A stretch of 63,999 nucleotides of DNA, counting the filler, from Gonapodya sp. JEL0774 (lineage: Eukaryota): assembly GCA_027604505.1 (NCBI GenBank). It is 5 parts of 5 records of this genome, joined end to end, with 100 filler letters (N's around TTAATTAATTAA, not from the genome) between each part and the next. Parts side by side here need not be neighbours in the genome. Positions count along the whole stretch, not along the records: positions 55,054 to 63,999 come from JADIIX010000429.1; 4 more parts are not named here. One strand, 5' to 3'. Under the pieces are notes generated by a model that worked only from the letters and a program-made list of their open reading frames with translations, was not told where the DNA came from and did not search any database. The position numbers were made by a program, and so were the translations under genes. Positions 62,698 to 63,999 of this stretch are shown here, piece by piece (position 1 is the stretch's first letter; each line of letters opens with the position of its first letter).

Positions 62698-63660
62698 TTA
62701 CTTGAAATTGGTAAGTCTCGGACGGTCGCTTGGCTGAGTACCTAAGTGTTTATCGTACTTTCCAGTGAAGCCAGCACAGGTAGCAAAATGGTCTGCCAAA
62801 GCATTCGCATTCATATAATTCTGTGAGGCCGAACAGAATGGGCAAATGTAGTGAAAGTTTGCAGGATATCCCTGTCTTTCGAAACCTTTCCAGTATCCAT
62901 ATTCCACACAGATGGAAGCCAGGCTCGTCATGAACTCTTTGATCCCAATGAACGGCCCCTTTGTTCTTTTGAGAAGGACGTTGACGAGCGTTTGACGGTG
63001 GAGGTTTTGAAAAATCTCGGCAACTTTCTTGTGTTCCTCGGGCTTTGAAGAGGTCCAAAAGAACTTCAGCGCACTGGCTTTGGTTCTCTCCAAGAGGACC
63101 TCGAAACCATATCGATCAGCCAGTAACAACAAATCGACTTCATCCAAAGGCATAGAGAGCTCGAGGTACATTCGGATGTAGTTCAGCAGTGCTGGAATAT
63201 CATACTTGTCAGCAAACGCCAGAAGGGATTGAAAGTCTGCCGTCTCGCAAGAGAACTCTGGATCACTGTGGACAAACTTTAGGTAGGAAAGGACGATTGA
63301 TTTCTCTTCTGGAAGGGGCACGATCTTTGGGAGATGACGTATGTTATAGTTGGTGCAGGGAGAACGTGTTGTGGGTCCTCAAAGTGTCCCACTCACGATG
63401 GGCTCCTGAGCGGTTCCCGCAGCAGCCATGTTAGCCATCATCTCTCTAAAAAACTTGGACCCTCTTTTTATGAGGAAGGAGCTTGTCCGAAAGTGGATCA
63501 CGGCATCAGTCAATGGGGTGGAGTTGTGGAGATGAGGTTCCGTTGGGAATGGCAATTCGGAGTCTGCACTTGCGGCAGCAGAGGGATACTCATGCTTGCA
63601 CGCGAAGATAAAATCTCCCATAGAATCGTAGAAGTCTTCGGAAGGGATGATGGTGGCCAT
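62698..63660 (-). CDS. BTB/POZ-domain protein with a C-terminal zinc-finger-like motif; intron 63325-63396
   Basis: DFYDSMGDFIF...HFRTSSFLIKRGSKFFREM, LLAFADKYDIPAL and CPFC...HFATC. Confidence 0.85.
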
Positions 63661-63876
63661 CGTTGTGGATTGCTGGTTCTTGTAAAGAGAGGGCAGGTTG
63701 CTCCGCACAGCAGGAATGACGTAAGTTGATCTTCAGACTTCAGAACGCATATACCTCCCCGCGTTCTATTTGCCCAGTTTTAACTTTTAACATTGACTTG
63801 TGTAATAAACGTTTAAACCCAGGAAGTTTTTCTGCAATAGTTGTTTCGAATGGTGCCTCGCGTGAACTCCTCCAAC

Positions 63877-63999
63877 ATGTCATCAGTCTTCCCCTCCAAG
63901 GACTTCTACGACCCCTCCGGTGATGTCATCATCTCGTGCAGAAAGGAAAGGATGGTGATCTCAGCCAGATCTTCCCCCAATTCCGGATTTGGCCTTGAC
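63877..63999 (+). CDS. Start of a second, divergently oriented BTB paralog (partial)
   Basis: MSSVFPSKDFYDPSGDVIISC parallels MATIIPSEDFYDSMGDFIFAC. Confidence 0.65.
   Translation, partial: MSSVFPSKDFYDPSGDVIISCRKERMVISARSSPNSGFGLD

Overview
The window is not contiguous. It joins five unrelated pieces (1-13681, 13782-27456, 27557-41213, 41314-54953, 55054-63999; the first four about 13.7 kb each) with 100-nt N/TTAATTAATTAA spacers. The DNA is intron-rich and eukaryotic; gene content suggests an early-diverging, chytrid-like fungus (inference). Housekeeping genes include NBS1, Spindly, DEK, METTL3/IME4, HMG-box, NF-YC/HAP5, the 3' end of a Dicer, a 2OG oxygenase, and BTB, F-box and kinase genes. 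The standout is an apparently complete 2.1-kb IS607-type element (about 16656-18767, minus strand). It encodes a serine-recombinase TnpA that overlaps, out of frame, a TnpB-family Fanzor2 RuvC nuclease. After the nuclease lies a structured omegaRNA-like right end with four hairpins, a pseudoknot and a GG core, so a guide and a G-rich TAM can be predicted. Giant-virus/Polinton-like relics (MSV199/T5orf172-like ORF, deleted PrimPol-D5 helicase, spliced tail-collar gene), duplications and a TIR element also occur. All family calls come from motif recognition by eye; no database search was run.
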